NCBI GenBank assembly: GCA_016182485.1 | Contig: JACPGH010000003.1 | Span: 6,331-70,330 of the forward strand | Direction: 5' to 3' | Source: Candidatus Kaiserbacteria bacterium | Lineage (GTDB): Bacteria; Patescibacteriota; Minisyncoccia; Phycocordibacterales; Phycocordibacteraceae | DNA length: 64,000 bases | Shown: piece by piece, positions 46,572-56,469 of the stretch | Numbering within the stretch: position 1 is the first letter of the stretch | Layout of the letters: every line of letters begins with the position of its first letter | The notes under the pieces: model-generated | Told to the model about the DNA's origin: nothing | The model's input: the letters and a program-made list of their open reading frames with translations, nothing else | Database searches by the model: none | Program-made: the position numbers and the translations under genes

Positions 46572-47252
46572 ATGAAAGTCGTTATTCCCACAAAACTGCA
46601 AGCTTTATACGACCGTATCGACGCGTGCGAACGATGCCAGGCCGAAGGGAATGCATTGCGGCACGTGCTCGGCGGCGGGAAATTTCATAAACCGAAATTC
46701 TTTTTCCTTTTCATCAATCCAACGCACAAAAACCGCTCTTCAAATGCCGATTACGCCGGAGAGCGAAGGTATCCTTTCGTCGGCGTCCGGCATTTATATA
46801 AAGGCCTCGCCGAAGGCGGTTTTATCGACCGCGCATTGATGGCGGATATATACGAGCGCGGCTGGCAAGTCGCGGACGAGCACCGGATAGAAGAGAGCTT
46901 GCGCCGCCACGACGTATACATAAGCAACTTCGTGAAATGCGCGCAGCCGAATCCTAAAAATCCCAAGCGCTCGATCATGCGAGCCGATCTGCCGCTATTG
47001 GCCGAGGAGCTCTCGCTCGTGCGGCCGCAGTACGTCGTGACTTTCGGGTTGCCGCCGCTTGAATTATTGACGGGCAATACGCATCTTATGCGCGACATTC
47101 TGCGCACGGCCCGCATTTCGAAATATGCGCCGCTCATCTCGATCCCGCTGAATGGAAAACGATATGAAATTCTGCCTTGCTACTATCCTTTCGGCCACGG
47201 CAACGAGCCGAAGGCGCACAAGATCCTCACTTACATACGGGAGCATTTTTGA
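46572..47252 (+). CDS. Uracil-DNA glycosylase superfamily protein (family 4-like, divergent motif A)
   Basis: CERC, PFVG..G..L, and a C-terminal HPS-like region. The GEAPG motif is replaced by INPTHK. Start at MKVVIPT. Confidence 0.6.
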   Translation: MKVVIPTKLQALYDRIDACERCQAEGNALRHVLGGGKFHKPKFFFLFINPTHKNRSSNADYAGERRYPFVGVRHLYKGLAEGGFIDRALMADIYERGWQVADEHRIEESLRRHDVYISNFVKCAQPNPKNPKRSIMRADLPLLAEELSLVRPQYVVTFGLPPLELLTGNTHLMRDILRTARISKYAPLISIPLNGKRYEILPCYYPFGHGNEPKAHKILTYIREHF

Positions 47253-47275
47253 TAGCTGATGTTTATTACGAGAAA

Positions 47276-47313
47276 ACAGAGCCGCCTCGCCGAGAGCGGC
47301 GAGGCGGCTCTGT
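47276..47313. terminator. Strong GC hairpin (17-bp perfect stem) with a T-run on the minus-strand side
   Basis: acagagccgcctcgccg-aga-gcggcgaggcggctctgt. Confidence 0.6.
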
Positions 47314-47634
47314 GACGAGGCGGTCGGCGAAACCCGCTAAATGAAAGGAACTTCATGGCGAAGCAGGAATGGGCTGATGCCCGCGCACTCCTCTGAACAG
47401 TGCAATTTCCATGCTGGTTGCGAGCGGGGCTTCGCTTTCGGTTGGCAAGAACTTGCCGCGATGAATCAGGTCGCACATGAGCCGGTTTGCGACTGCCCAG
47501 TTTATGCACTCCGCTTTGCCAGAGTACGAACAGGATGGAGTGCCCGGGGGAGGATTGAGCGTGCAATTCTCGCATACTGGCAGGTGCATTGCCACCTCCT
47601 TCTGTTTTCAGAATAGAACAATCGGAGAGAAGTA

Positions 47635-48876
47635 TCAAATTCCAGCCGCCTCGCGTTCGATGGCGAGCAGGCGCTCGTATTTCTCGAGCCGCTCGCGTTG
47701 GCCCAAGCCGCCGGCCTTGAGGCCGTGGGCGCCGATGCCGTAGGCGAAGTCGGCGATGAATGTGTCTCGGGTCTCGCCCGAGCGGTGCGAGGCGACGGCC
47801 TCAAAGCCGGCGGCCCTCGTCTCGCGTACGGCGGCAAGCGCCTCTTTTATCGTGCCGATCTGATTCGGCTTGATAATCACGGCGCTGATCGCGCCTCGCG
47901 CAACAGCTGTCTTGATCCGCTCGGGGTTCGTCACCGTGAGATCGTCGCCAACAACTAGAGTATTCCCGAGGCTCACGGCGAGGCTGGCGAAATCTTCAAA
48001 CATATCTTCAGCGAACGGATCTTCGATCGAATGCATCGGAAACTCTGTGGCGATACGACGATATATCGCAGCAAGTTCTTCGGCTGAATAAGATTTGCCG
48101 AGCAATTCATAATGATCGTCGTGAAGCAGTTCGCTTGCCGCCGCGTCAAGAGCGAGAGAAACGTTCGAATGCCCTTGAATGAGCGCGGCGAGTATCTCAA
48201 ACGGCTCTTCGAGCGAGTCGAAAGTCGGCGAATAGCCGCCCTCGTCTCCCATTGGCGCCCCAGGTCCTAGCCGCTCTCCTAATTTCGCGAAAAGCTCCTG
48301 CGCGAGAGGAAAGGCCTCGCTCGTTTTTCCTTCGATAACGAGCATATATTCCTGGAAGGGCAGCTTGCCTGTCCCGAGCTTGTCGAGGGAGAAGTCGCCC
48401 GCCTTCGCCGAGGCTGCGGCGGGTGAGACATGTACGCCGCCGTTCAGTACGTTCACGAAGAGGCGCGGCGCCGCTGGTTTAGTCCCTGCGCGTTCCGCGA
48501 TAGCCTGCCAGAGAGGAACGTCAGCGAGCAACGCGAAAAGCCGCTCCCCGGCGATAGAGACGGCCAGTAGGGCATTCGCGCCCAGGCGCGCCTTGTTCGA
48601 CGTGCCGTCGAGTTCGATGAGGAAGGTATCCAGATCATCAAGTGTCGAGAAACGGCGCCCAACCGTCTCTCGCGCGATCTCGCCGTTCACGTTCTCGATG
48701 GCACGCGTGACGCTGCCATCCGGGTCGCGCAACTCGAAGGCCTCGTGGTTTCCAGTACTTTTACCAGAGGGAGCCGAAGCTGTCGCAGTGAATGTATTTG
48801 CGGAAAGCGATACCTCGACCGTCGGCTTCCCGCGCGAGTCGAGGACCTGCTTCGCTTCGAGGCGGTCAATGCGCAT
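47635..48876 (-). CDS. eno: Enolase
   Basis: MRIDRLEAKQVLDSRGKPTVEV N-terminus, enolase signature region. 413 aa. Confidence 0.95.
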   Translation of the reverse strand: MRIDRLEAKQVLDSRGKPTVEVSLSANTFTATASAPSGKSTGNHEAFELRDPDGSVTRAIENVNGEIARETVGRRFSTLDDLDTFLIELDGTSNKARLGANALLAVSIAGERLFALLADVPLWQAIAERAGTKPAAPRLFVNVLNGGVHVSPAAASAKAGDFSLDKLGTGKLPFQEYMLVIEGKTSEAFPLAQELFAKLGERLGPGAPMGDEGGYSPTFDSLEEPFEILAALIQGHSNVSLALDAAASELLHDDHYELLGKSYSAEELAAIYRRIATEFPMHSIEDPFAEDMFEDFASLAVSLGNTLVVGDDLTVTNPERIKTAVARGAISAVIIKPNQIGTIKEALAAVRETRAAGFEAVASHRSGETRDTFIADFAYGIGAHGLKAGGLGQRERLEKYERLLAIEREAAGI

Positions 48877-48877
48877 A

Positions 48878-51370
48878 CTAGCGATGTTCCGAAGTTAAAC
48901 TTCGGTAGTCGCTTCCGAAGTTTAACTTCGGAAGCGACTCTTCGATCTGCGCCACATGCTCGATGGTCTTCACGACCGAATCCGGGTTGAGGGACATGCT
49001 CTCGATCCCTTCGCGCACGAGGAATTCGGCGAAATCGGGCAAGTCGGACGGGCCTTGGCCGCAGATGCCTAGATACTTTTTGCGCGCCGAGCATTTCCGG
49101 ATTATCTGGCTGATAAGCGCGCGCACGGCCTCGTCATTCTCGTCGCCAATATGAGTGACTATGCCGGAATCGCGGTCGAGGCCGAGCGTGAGCTGGGTCA
49201 AGTCGTTAGAGCCGATCGACATGCCGTCGAAGAGGTCGAGAAATTCCTCCGCAAGGAGTATGTTCGACGGTATCTCGCACATCATGTAAACGGGCGTGGT
49301 CTTTTGTCCGCCTTTCGCGACTGATCTCGCGACCAGTCCGTTATCCGCCATGATAGCCAGGACTTCCTCCGCCTCTTTAATAGTACGGCAGAAGGGTATC
49401 ATCGATATCACGTTCGCGAGCCCCATCGCTTCGCGCACCTTCACGAGCGCGCGGCATTCGAGCTCGAAGGCCGCCTTGAACTTCGCGTCGTAATAGCGCG
49501 AGGCGCCGCGCCAGCCGATCATCGGATTCTCTTCCTTAGGCTCGTACGCCTCGCCGCCGAGAAGCGTGGCGTACTCGTTTGTTTTGAAATCGGAGAAGCG
49601 CACTATAACTGGGCGAGGCGCGAAGGCGGCTCCGATCTTCGCGATGCCGTAGGCCAGAGTGTCGACGTAGAAATCGACCGGATTCTTCCAGCCGGCGGCC
49701 CTCTTGGCTATCGCCTCGCGTAATTTTGCCGGCTGTTTGCGGTACGCGAGAACCGCGAGCGGATGTACGCCGATGGTGGAGGCGATAATGAATTCTTCTC
49801 GCGCGAGCCCTACTCCCGCGACCGGCAGGAAGGACTGTTCGAAGGCGATGTCCGGCGACGCGATGTTCACCATGATATGCGTGCGCGTTTTGGGAAGCGA
49901 GCCGATGCTATGTTCCCGCATGGCGATCTTCGCCTTGCCGGCGGTCACGATACCGGCGCTGCCGGTCGTATCGATCGTCACAAGCGTGCCGGTCTTAAGA
50001 ACGCGCGTCGCATTTCCCGCGCCCACTATCGCCGGGAGGCCGAGTTCACGCGAGACTATCGCCGCATGGCTAGTGCGTCCGCCGCGGTCGGTGATTATGG
50101 CGGCGGCCATTTTCATGATAGGTTCCCAGTCCGGATCGGTCATCGTCGTGACAAGAATCTCCCCCTGCTTGAATTCTTTTATCTGCTTCGTTGAAGCGAT
50201 AACGTGGACAGCGCCTGTCGCGGCCTTCGAGCCGACCGATATGCCGCGCACTAGTTCTTTGCCTGCGCCGCTCACCCTGTATTCGATGAATTTCGAGAAG
50301 TCGCGGCCGGCCTGCACGGTCTCCGGACGCGCCTGCACGATGTGGAGCTCGCCGGTCGTGCCATCCTTAGCCCATTCCATATCCATCGGCGTCCAGGTCT
50401 TTGCACGTTCGGAATAGTGTTCTTCGATAAGCGCGCCCCAGCGCGCTAATTCCTCGATCTCTTTCTCGGAAAGGACGAAGCTCGCCTGTTCAGCAGCGGA
50501 CGTCGACACTACCTTGGTCTGTTTCAATCCCTGTTGGCCCCGTAGGAAATCAGATTTCCTACGGGGTTTGCCCTCCGCATAAATCATTTTCCGCGTTTTC
50601 ACGCCTAAAGTTTTCCCGATGACTGGGCAGGGCACCTTGTCGATCTTCGACTTGAGTACCAAGTATTCGTCCGGAGTTACGCGGCCTTGGACGATCATCT
50701 CGCCCAGGCCCCACACTGCATTGATAAGAACGACGTCGCGGAAGCCGCTTTCGGTATCCACCGTGAACATGACGCCCGAGGCGCCCCGATCCGAGCGCAC
50801 CATCTTCTGCACGCCGACAGAGAGCGCGACTTTCGTATTCGCGAAGCCTTTATCCGCGCGGTAGGAGATCGCGCGGTCGGTGAAGAGGGAAGCCATCGCC
50901 CACACGGTCGCCCTCACCACCTCCTTTCCTCCGCGAATGCCGAGATACGTCTCGTGCTCGCCGGCGAAGGAGGCGCCCGGCAGGTCTTCGGCGGTCGCCG
51001 AGGACCGCACCGCCACGTCGACACTTCTACCGTATTCCTTCTCCATCTCGCCGTATGCTTCTAGGATGGCTTTCTCTAGATCGAGTGGCACCGCCGCCCC
51101 CCTAATTTTTTCCCGAATGAGTTTCCCGCGCCGCGCGAGTTCCGAAAGGTTTTTTGTATCGAGGCCGGCGAGCGTTTCTTCTATGAACGAGTCCAAGCCG
51201 GTGGTCTTGAGAAAATAGTAGTATGCATCGGCAGTCACGCAGAATCCTTGCGGCACGCGCACGCCCTTCGGCACGACCGCACGGATAAGTTCGCCGAGCG
51301 AAGCGTTCTTACCGCCGACCTGTTTGACATCGTCCATGCCGATGTCTTTCATCCACAGAATGTATTTCAT
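48878..51370 (-). CDS. ppsA: Phosphoenolpyruvate synthase-like PEP-utilising enzyme (PpsA/PPDK family)
   Basis: LVGGKNASLGEL ATP-grasp N-terminus, mobile His domain GGRTSHAAIVSRELGLPAIVG, C-terminal PEP-binding TIM barrel. 830 aa. Confidence 0.85.
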   Translation of the reverse strand: MKYILWMKDIGMDDVKQVGGKNASLGELIRAVVPKGVRVPQGFCVTADAYYYFLKTTGLDSFIEETLAGLDTKNLSELARRGKLIREKIRGAAVPLDLEKAILEAYGEMEKEYGRSVDVAVRSSATAEDLPGASFAGEHETYLGIRGGKEVVRATVWAMASLFTDRAISYRADKGFANTKVALSVGVQKMVRSDRGASGVMFTVDTESGFRDVVLINAVWGLGEMIVQGRVTPDEYLVLKSKIDKVPCPVIGKTLGVKTRKMIYAEGKPRRKSDFLRGQQGLKQTKVVSTSAAEQASFVLSEKEIEELARWGALIEEHYSERAKTWTPMDMEWAKDGTTGELHIVQARPETVQAGRDFSKFIEYRVSGAGKELVRGISVGSKAATGAVHVIASTKQIKEFKQGEILVTTMTDPDWEPIMKMAAAIITDRGGRTSHAAIVSRELGLPAIVGAGNATRVLKTGTLVTIDTTGSAGIVTAGKAKIAMREHSIGSLPKTRTHIMVNIASPDIAFEQSFLPVAGVGLAREEFIIASTIGVHPLAVLAYRKQPAKLREAIAKRAAGWKNPVDFYVDTLAYGIAKIGAAFAPRPVIVRFSDFKTNEYATLLGGEAYEPKEENPMIGWRGASRYYDAKFKAAFELECRALVKVREAMGLANVISMIPFCRTIKEAEEVLAIMADNGLVARSVAKGGQKTTPVYMMCEIPSNILLAEEFLDLFDGMSIGSNDLTQLTLGLDRDSGIVTHIGDENDEAVRALISQIIRKCSARKKYLGICGQGPSDLPDFAEFLVREGIESMSLNPDSVVKTIEHVAQIEESLPKLNFGSDYRSLTSEHR
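48893..48948. repeat. Nested palindromes inside the pps 3' end (ccgaagttaaacttcgg; agtcgcttccgaagtttaacttcggaagcgact)
   Basis: Read directly. Encodes the atypical C-terminal tail ...LPKLNFGSDYRSLTSEHR. Confidence 0.8.
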
Positions 51371-51376
51371 GTCCGG

Positions 51377-52678
51377 CTATTTCTTAAGCGCGATAATAAG
51401 GTCCGATACATTGGTTCCAGTATACTCGGTGATGAGCGCATCCCCGGTGCTCCGGAAGAAATCGTAGGAACGGTGGCCCTCTAAGTAGTCCGTTATGGAA
51501 AGTTTATTCTCCTCGGCGTGCGCGCGGGAGAGCGCGTCGCTTATAGCCCCTGCGGCATCGGTGTTGTCGTGTCCGTCGGAGGCGAAGGGAAGAAAGAGCT
51601 CTCCTTCCCGCATATCTCTCAGCGCGGCAAGCGCCATTTCCTGATTACGCCCTCCAGTGCCAGAAGAATTTCCGAGGGTTACAGTGCTCTCTCCCGCGAA
51701 GAGAAGGGCGCTCCCGGGAGGGGAATCATGTAGCTTCGCGCCGATCGCGCGCCCGATCTCGCGCGCTTCTCCGGAAAATCGGTCATCAGCTATGGCCGGC
51801 TGATATCCGCGATCCACTGCTTCTGCGCGCATAGCATCGAGAGCGCTCTGGCTGGTCAGGAAGAGGATATTCCGCACGCGCTCGAAGTACGTTTCTTCTT
51901 TGGGCGTCTCGAGAAGCTGAATATTCGATATACCGTAGGTATCCAAAACGTGTCGCGCGTCTTCAATTGTCGATGAATCGCGGATCGTGGGTCCGGACGC
52001 GATGAGACGCACGTCATCTCCCGGCACATCAGAGACGATGAATGAGAGGACCTCGGCCGGATAGGCGGCTTTCGCGAGTCCGCCGCCGCGGGCGCGTGAC
52101 AAGTGCTTGCGCACGGTATTGATCTCCGCTATCGTCGCACCTTTTTTTGTGAGCTCTTTGAAGATCGCGCTCTCTTCAAGACAGGTCATAGGAGCTTCGG
52201 TCCGGCACAAGAGCGTGGACCCGCCGCCCGAAATGAGCATCAGCACGATGTCGGACTCGCCGCGCTCTTCGAGGAATGCGAGTATGCGGTCGGTCGCGCG
52301 CTCGTTCGCTTCGCTCGGCAGGGGATGCGTGCCGACGTAGGGTTCTATCTTCCTGCTGCCGCCCCGATCGCGCGCAGAAACATCTAAGGCGACGCCTCCG
52401 GTCAGGCGGTCGCCAAGAATTTGCTCAATTGCAGCGGCCGCAGCGAACGCGCATTTGCCGATGCCGACGAAAAAGACATTCCGTCCCCGGATCGAATAGG
52501 CGGTATCCTTCTGTGAAGGTCTGACCTTCACAAGCAATTCGTCCTGCTCGATACGGAGATTGTGGGTGAGCGCGGCGCCGACGTCGAGCGCGGCGTAGCC
52601 GGCTTCCGCGATCGATAGCGCGTCGATGCGCAGATCGGAGAGCGCGAGCGCGTCAAAGTTCCGTATCACGCGGCTCAT
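51377..52678 (-). CDS. Glycerate 2-kinase (MOFRL family; DUF4147 + MOFRL domains)
   Basis: 433 aa. Overall match to GckA/TtuD-type glycerate kinases. Downstream of pps/eno. Confidence 0.75.
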   Translation of the reverse strand: MSRVIRNFDALALSDLRIDALSIAEAGYAALDVGAALTHNLRIEQDELLVKVRPSQKDTAYSIRGRNVFFVGIGKCAFAAAAAIEQILGDRLTGGVALDVSARDRGGSRKIEPYVGTHPLPSEANERATDRILAFLEERGESDIVLMLISGGGSTLLCRTEAPMTCLEESAIFKELTKKGATIAEINTVRKHLSRARGGGLAKAAYPAEVLSFIVSDVPGDDVRLIASGPTIRDSSTIEDARHVLDTYGISNIQLLETPKEETYFERVRNILFLTSQSALDAMRAEAVDRGYQPAIADDRFSGEAREIGRAIGAKLHDSPPGSALLFAGESTVTLGNSSGTGGRNQEMALAALRDMREGELFLPFASDGHDNTDAAGAISDALSRAHAEENKLSITDYLEGHRSYDFFRSTGDALITEYTGTNVSDLIIALKK

Positions 52679-53481
52679 CGTTTCGAAGAGCGGGCTTCGC
52701 GGGAGAAGAAAGGCCGGACGTAATAATCAAGTCCCCAGTATCCTGCGACTCGATGCGCGAGCATGACGGCGAGCGCGAGGACGAGCAGAACGGGATTGGT
52801 GCTTACCGTCCCGGCCAAGAGATAATTCATATTCATAAAGAAGCCGAAGAAGGCGGCGAGGCCGGTAAAGAGCCCGACCAAGAGCCCAACTCCGACTAGA
52901 AGCTCTCCGACCGCGACGATGTTTGACCATATCGTGGCGTTCGGCAAGACAACACCGCGCAAGAATTCCGCGTACCACCATGACACGTCCGGATGAGCCC
53001 CGCCTGTTTTCGCGAGCGCGCCTTTTACGAAGCCGGACACGGCCGCGCCTGCGCCCGGGCCGACCCATACGGGATTCATCACTTTCTCCCACCCCGCTAT
53101 GAGCCATTCGTAGCCGAGATAGAGCCGAACGAGAAGCCAGAGCGGCGCGCTTGCCGTGTCTGCCGTTAAAAAGCGCGTAACCGCGTAAGGTTTAGAAGTG
53201 TAGATCATGCTTATAGTGTAGAAGAAGAGGCCATTAAATAAAGCGGCCGCTGGGGAGTACTTCCTTATCAACAGTTGCGGATGGCCAACCTTGCGCAGTA
53301 GAATGGCGCCAGAAGTCAATCTTCGGCCTTGAGGAGGAACTGCGATCATATCCGTTATCGTAGTCCTCGTAGTGGTCTGGCAGTGGAAGGCGCAAGACCC
53401 AATGCACCGGTTCGATCGATCAATCGGATCGCCCCGTCTCTTCAAAGCGCGCAGGGTTCGGCGCTGGCGGCCGCAGAACAC
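52675..53481 (-). CDS. DoxX-family membrane protein (start probably internal)
   Basis: LRLYLGYEWLIAGWEKV is a DoxX motif. Four TM segments. The N-terminal ~90 codons of the ORF look non-coding. Confidence 0.55.
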   Translation of the reverse strand: MFCGRQRRTLRALKRRGDPIDRSNRCIGSCAFHCQTTTRTTITDMIAVPPQGRRLTSGAILLRKVGHPQLLIRKYSPAAALFNGLFFYTISMIYTSKPYAVTRFLTADTASAPLWLLVRLYLGYEWLIAGWEKVMNPVWVGPGAGAAVSGFVKGALAKTGGAHPDVSWWYAEFLRGVVLPNATIWSNIVAVGELLVGVGLLVGLFTGLAAFFGFFMNMNYLLAGTVSTNPVLLVLALAVMLAHRVAGYWGLDYYVRPFFSREARSSKR

Positions 53482-53650
53482 GCGGCGCCCCGTGCGCGTA
53501 TAGAGCGATTCAGGCTATGCGCGCACAGAGAGGAGGTGATCCAGTCTGATCCGGGCCGAAGCCTGGCCCGACCAGAGGGGAGGTGGTGTTCATTCGAGAG
53601 CCGTGGGGAAACCCGCGGCTCTGACATTTTTCACACCGGCGCTGCATAGT

Positions 53651-55231
53651 ATGGATTTATGTGTTATAGTCAGTTACGCAATGCAGCCCCGCCGCCTCTC
53701 TGCCGGAAAACAGAAATTCCTGCCGCACCGACCCCTTGTAGCGTCCTCCGCTTTTATTGCGAAGCTGCGCACGAACGAAAGCGCGGATTGGGCACGCGCA
53801 ACGGGAGCGGCCATACTCAGATATTTTAAGGATGCCTGCGCCCGCGTTCCGGCATACCGGCAATTCTTGAAAAGTCTCGGTGTCGAACCATCCTCGATCA
53901 AAACCGCTAAAGATATCGGGCGCATCCCGCCGATCACTAAAGAGAATTATTTGCGCGCGAATCCTTGGAACAAACTCTGCAGAGCCGGGACCCTCGCACA
54001 CGAATCTTTGGTTCTTACCGCTACGTCCGGCTCGACCGGCCAGCCTTTTTACATTCCGCGCACGGATGACATTCACGAGGCCTCGATGGTCTATCACCGG
54101 CTTTTTCTCGAACGCAGCGGCCTCGACCGCGCCAAGCCGACGCTCGTCATAGTCGGATTCGGCATGGGCGTATGGATCGGCGGCATTCTTACCTATGAAG
54201 CCTTTCGCCGCATCTCGCAGGGCGGCTGGCCGCTTACGCTCATTACGCCGGGCGTGAATAAGAAAGAGATCTTCGAAGCGCTGACGCATATCGCGTCCTC
54301 ATACGAGCAGATCATCCTGTGCGGATATCCTCCTTTCATAAAAGATGTGATCGACGAGGCCCCCGACCAAGGGATCGAGTGGAAGCGATGGGATATGCGC
54401 ATCGTTTGCGCCGCGGAAGCTTTCTCGGAGCATTTCCGCGAATATCTGATGCAAAAGACCGGCATGAAAGATCCGTTCCGCAGCGTTATGAATATTTACG
54501 GCAGCGCGGAGCTCGGCTCCATGGCGACCGAGACGCCTCTCTCGATACTGTTGCGCCGGCTGGCCGTGGCGAATGAAGCGCTCTATCGGAAGCTTTTCAG
54601 CGAGGCGCACCGTTTGCCGACCTTAGCACAGTTCATTCCCGACTTCATTTCGTTTGAAGCGGGGAAGGGCGGCGAAATATATGCGACCGGCGGCGCTGCT
54701 CTGCCCTTCATCAGATATGATATCGGCGATCAGGGCGGTGTTTTCACTTATCGGGACGCGGCGCGCGCGTGCGCGGACATTGGCATTGATCTCTCTGCCG
54801 AGACAAAGCGCGCAGGCATCAATGAGACGGTCATGGAACTCCCGTTCGTCTATCTTTATGAGCGCAAAGATCTCTCGACCAAACTGTACGGCGCGATAAT
54901 TTTCCCCGAGCATGTGAAGATCGGTCTACAGAATCCGGCACTGGAGAAATTCATCACCGGCCGCTTCACTATGACGACCGAGCATGATGCTCAACACAAC
55001 GAATATCTCGAAGTTAATGTCGAGCTCAAGCACGGCGTAAAGAACGGAGAGGCGATACGCGCGGCGCTTGTCGGGAGCGTTATGAAAAGCCTATGCGCCT
55101 CGAGCGGCGAATATAAAAACAATGTCACGAATATGGGAGAGCGCGTTGCGCCGCGCATCGTCTTCTGGCCGCACGAAGACCGGAAATATTTCCCGCCGGG
55201 CATCAAGCAGAAGTGGGTCATCCGCACATGA
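53651..55231 (+). CDS. Phenylacetate-CoA ligase-like (PaaK/CapK/F390-synthetase family) adenylate-forming enzyme
   Basis: TSGSTGQPF (AMP-binding P-loop), and YRTGD-like and C-terminal motifs of the PaaK family. Confidence 0.7.
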   Translation: MDLCVIVSYAMQPRRLSAGKQKFLPHRPLVASSAFIAKLRTNESADWARATGAAILRYFKDACARVPAYRQFLKSLGVEPSSIKTAKDIGRIPPITKENYLRANPWNKLCRAGTLAHESLVLTATSGSTGQPFYIPRTDDIHEASMVYHRLFLERSGLDRAKPTLVIVGFGMGVWIGGILTYEAFRRISQGGWPLTLITPGVNKKEIFEALTHIASSYEQIILCGYPPFIKDVIDEAPDQGIEWKRWDMRIVCAAEAFSEHFREYLMQKTGMKDPFRSVMNIYGSAELGSMATETPLSILLRRLAVANEALYRKLFSEAHRLPTLAQFIPDFISFEAGKGGEIYATGGAALPFIRYDIGDQGGVFTYRDAARACADIGIDLSAETKRAGINETVMELPFVYLYERKDLSTKLYGAIIFPEHVKIGLQNPALEKFITGRFTMTTEHDAQHNEYLEVNVELKHGVKNGEAIRAALVGSVMKSLCASSGEYKNNVTNMGERVAPRIVFWPHEDRKYFPPGIKQKWVIRT

Positions 55232-55261
55232 GTCTGCGAGCCGCATGCTAGCATATCGGTT

Positions 55262-56437
55262 ATGGAAAAATCTTTAAGCCTGCTGCGTCACAAGAAGATC
55301 GCGTCGAAGCCGTTACTGCTCGACCTGTCACTTCCCAAAGATCGAGATCGTTTTGAAACTCTGGTCGTTGAAGGAGAGGTCAGGCAAATCTCGGACGATT
55401 TCGAAGAAGAGCAGCGCGAGCTCTTCGGCATCCGGAATCCTTCACGCGTGTACGCTCCGGGGTTTGAAGAAGAATTCAAGAAATACTACAAATCGCTGTC
55501 GCAAGAGAAGCCCCTTTGGGAGCATGGCAGGTGGGCCTACTTTTCCTGGCGGTATCTCGCCGCGCACATCTTGCCTGAAGAGGAGTATCGTCTGGTCCGC
55601 ACGGCGCGTAATCAGAATCTTATTACCAAAGAAGAGCAGGAGAAGTTCTATAACGCGACTATAGGTATCGCGGGGCTCTCGGTCGGCTCTTCGGTCGCAT
55701 TCGCTATCGCGCTCGGCGGCGGCGGCAAGCGCATGAAGCTCGCCGATATGGACCGGTTGGCGCTTTCCAATACCAATCGTATTCTCGCCGGCGCCGACCG
55801 GCTCGGGATGCTGAAGGTAGAGATGGCCGCGCGCACGATCTACGAGATCAATCCGTATGCCGAGCTCGAGCTGCATCCGGAAGGTCTAACATCGGAAAAT
55901 ATCGAAGCTTTTTTCGAAGGACTTGATATCGTTGTGGACGAGATTGATAACTTGGCAGTGAAGTATCTTATCCGCGAGCAGGCAAAGAAGCGAAAGATTG
56001 CGGTCGTTATGGCCGCGGACAACGGTGACAACGCGGTCGTGGACGTCGAACGTTATGATCTTGACCCGCAGCCTGAGTTTTTCCACGGGCGCATGGGAGA
56101 GGTCTCCTACGAGATGCTCAAGGGACTCGATAAATTCGGCATCGGGAAGATGATCACCAAACACGTCGGACCGGAGAATGTCACGGAGCGCATGCAGCAG
56201 TCGCTCACCGAAATGGGGAAGACGATCGTCTCGTGGCCGCAGCTTGGCGGCGCCGCCATGGTAAACGGCGCGGCGGTCGCGTATTGCGTACGCAAAATTC
56301 TGAACAGGCAGCCGCTCGAATCGAACCGCGCGCTCGTCTCGCTCGATGAAAAGCTCGTGCCCGACTATCACGCGCCCGAGGCCGTCGCGCACCGGCAGCA
56401 AATCTCCGCGGATTTCGCAAGAGGTTTCGGGCTATGA
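55262..56437 (+). CDS. ThiF/MoeB/E1-like adenylyltransferase family protein with ~130-aa N-terminal extension
   Basis: IGIAGLSVGSSVA (Rossmann GxGxxG-like), ...VVDEIDN..., E1 fold pattern. Confidence 0.7.
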   Translation: MEKSLSLLRHKKIASKPLLLDLSLPKDRDRFETLVVEGEVRQISDDFEEEQRELFGIRNPSRVYAPGFEEEFKKYYKSLSQEKPLWEHGRWAYFSWRYLAAHILPEEEYRLVRTARNQNLITKEEQEKFYNATIGIAGLSVGSSVAFAIALGGGGKRMKLADMDRLALSNTNRILAGADRLGMLKVEMAARTIYEINPYAELELHPEGLTSENIEAFFEGLDIVVDEIDNLAVKYLIREQAKKRKIAVVMAADNGDNAVVDVERYDLDPQPEFFHGRMGEVSYEMLKGLDKFGIGKMITKHVGPENVTERMQQSLTEMGKTIVSWPQLGGAAMVNGAAVAYCVRKILNRQPLESNRALVSLDEKLVPDYHAPEAVAHRQQISADFARGFGL

Positions 56438-56469
56438 TTGGCTTTCAAGTCTATTCCCGTGGGGAACGA

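Noticed and set aside
53329-53649. 106-aa ORF between doxX and the PaaK-like gene
   Set aside because: Overlaps the implausible N-terminal extension of the DoxX ORF. No RBS or motif support.
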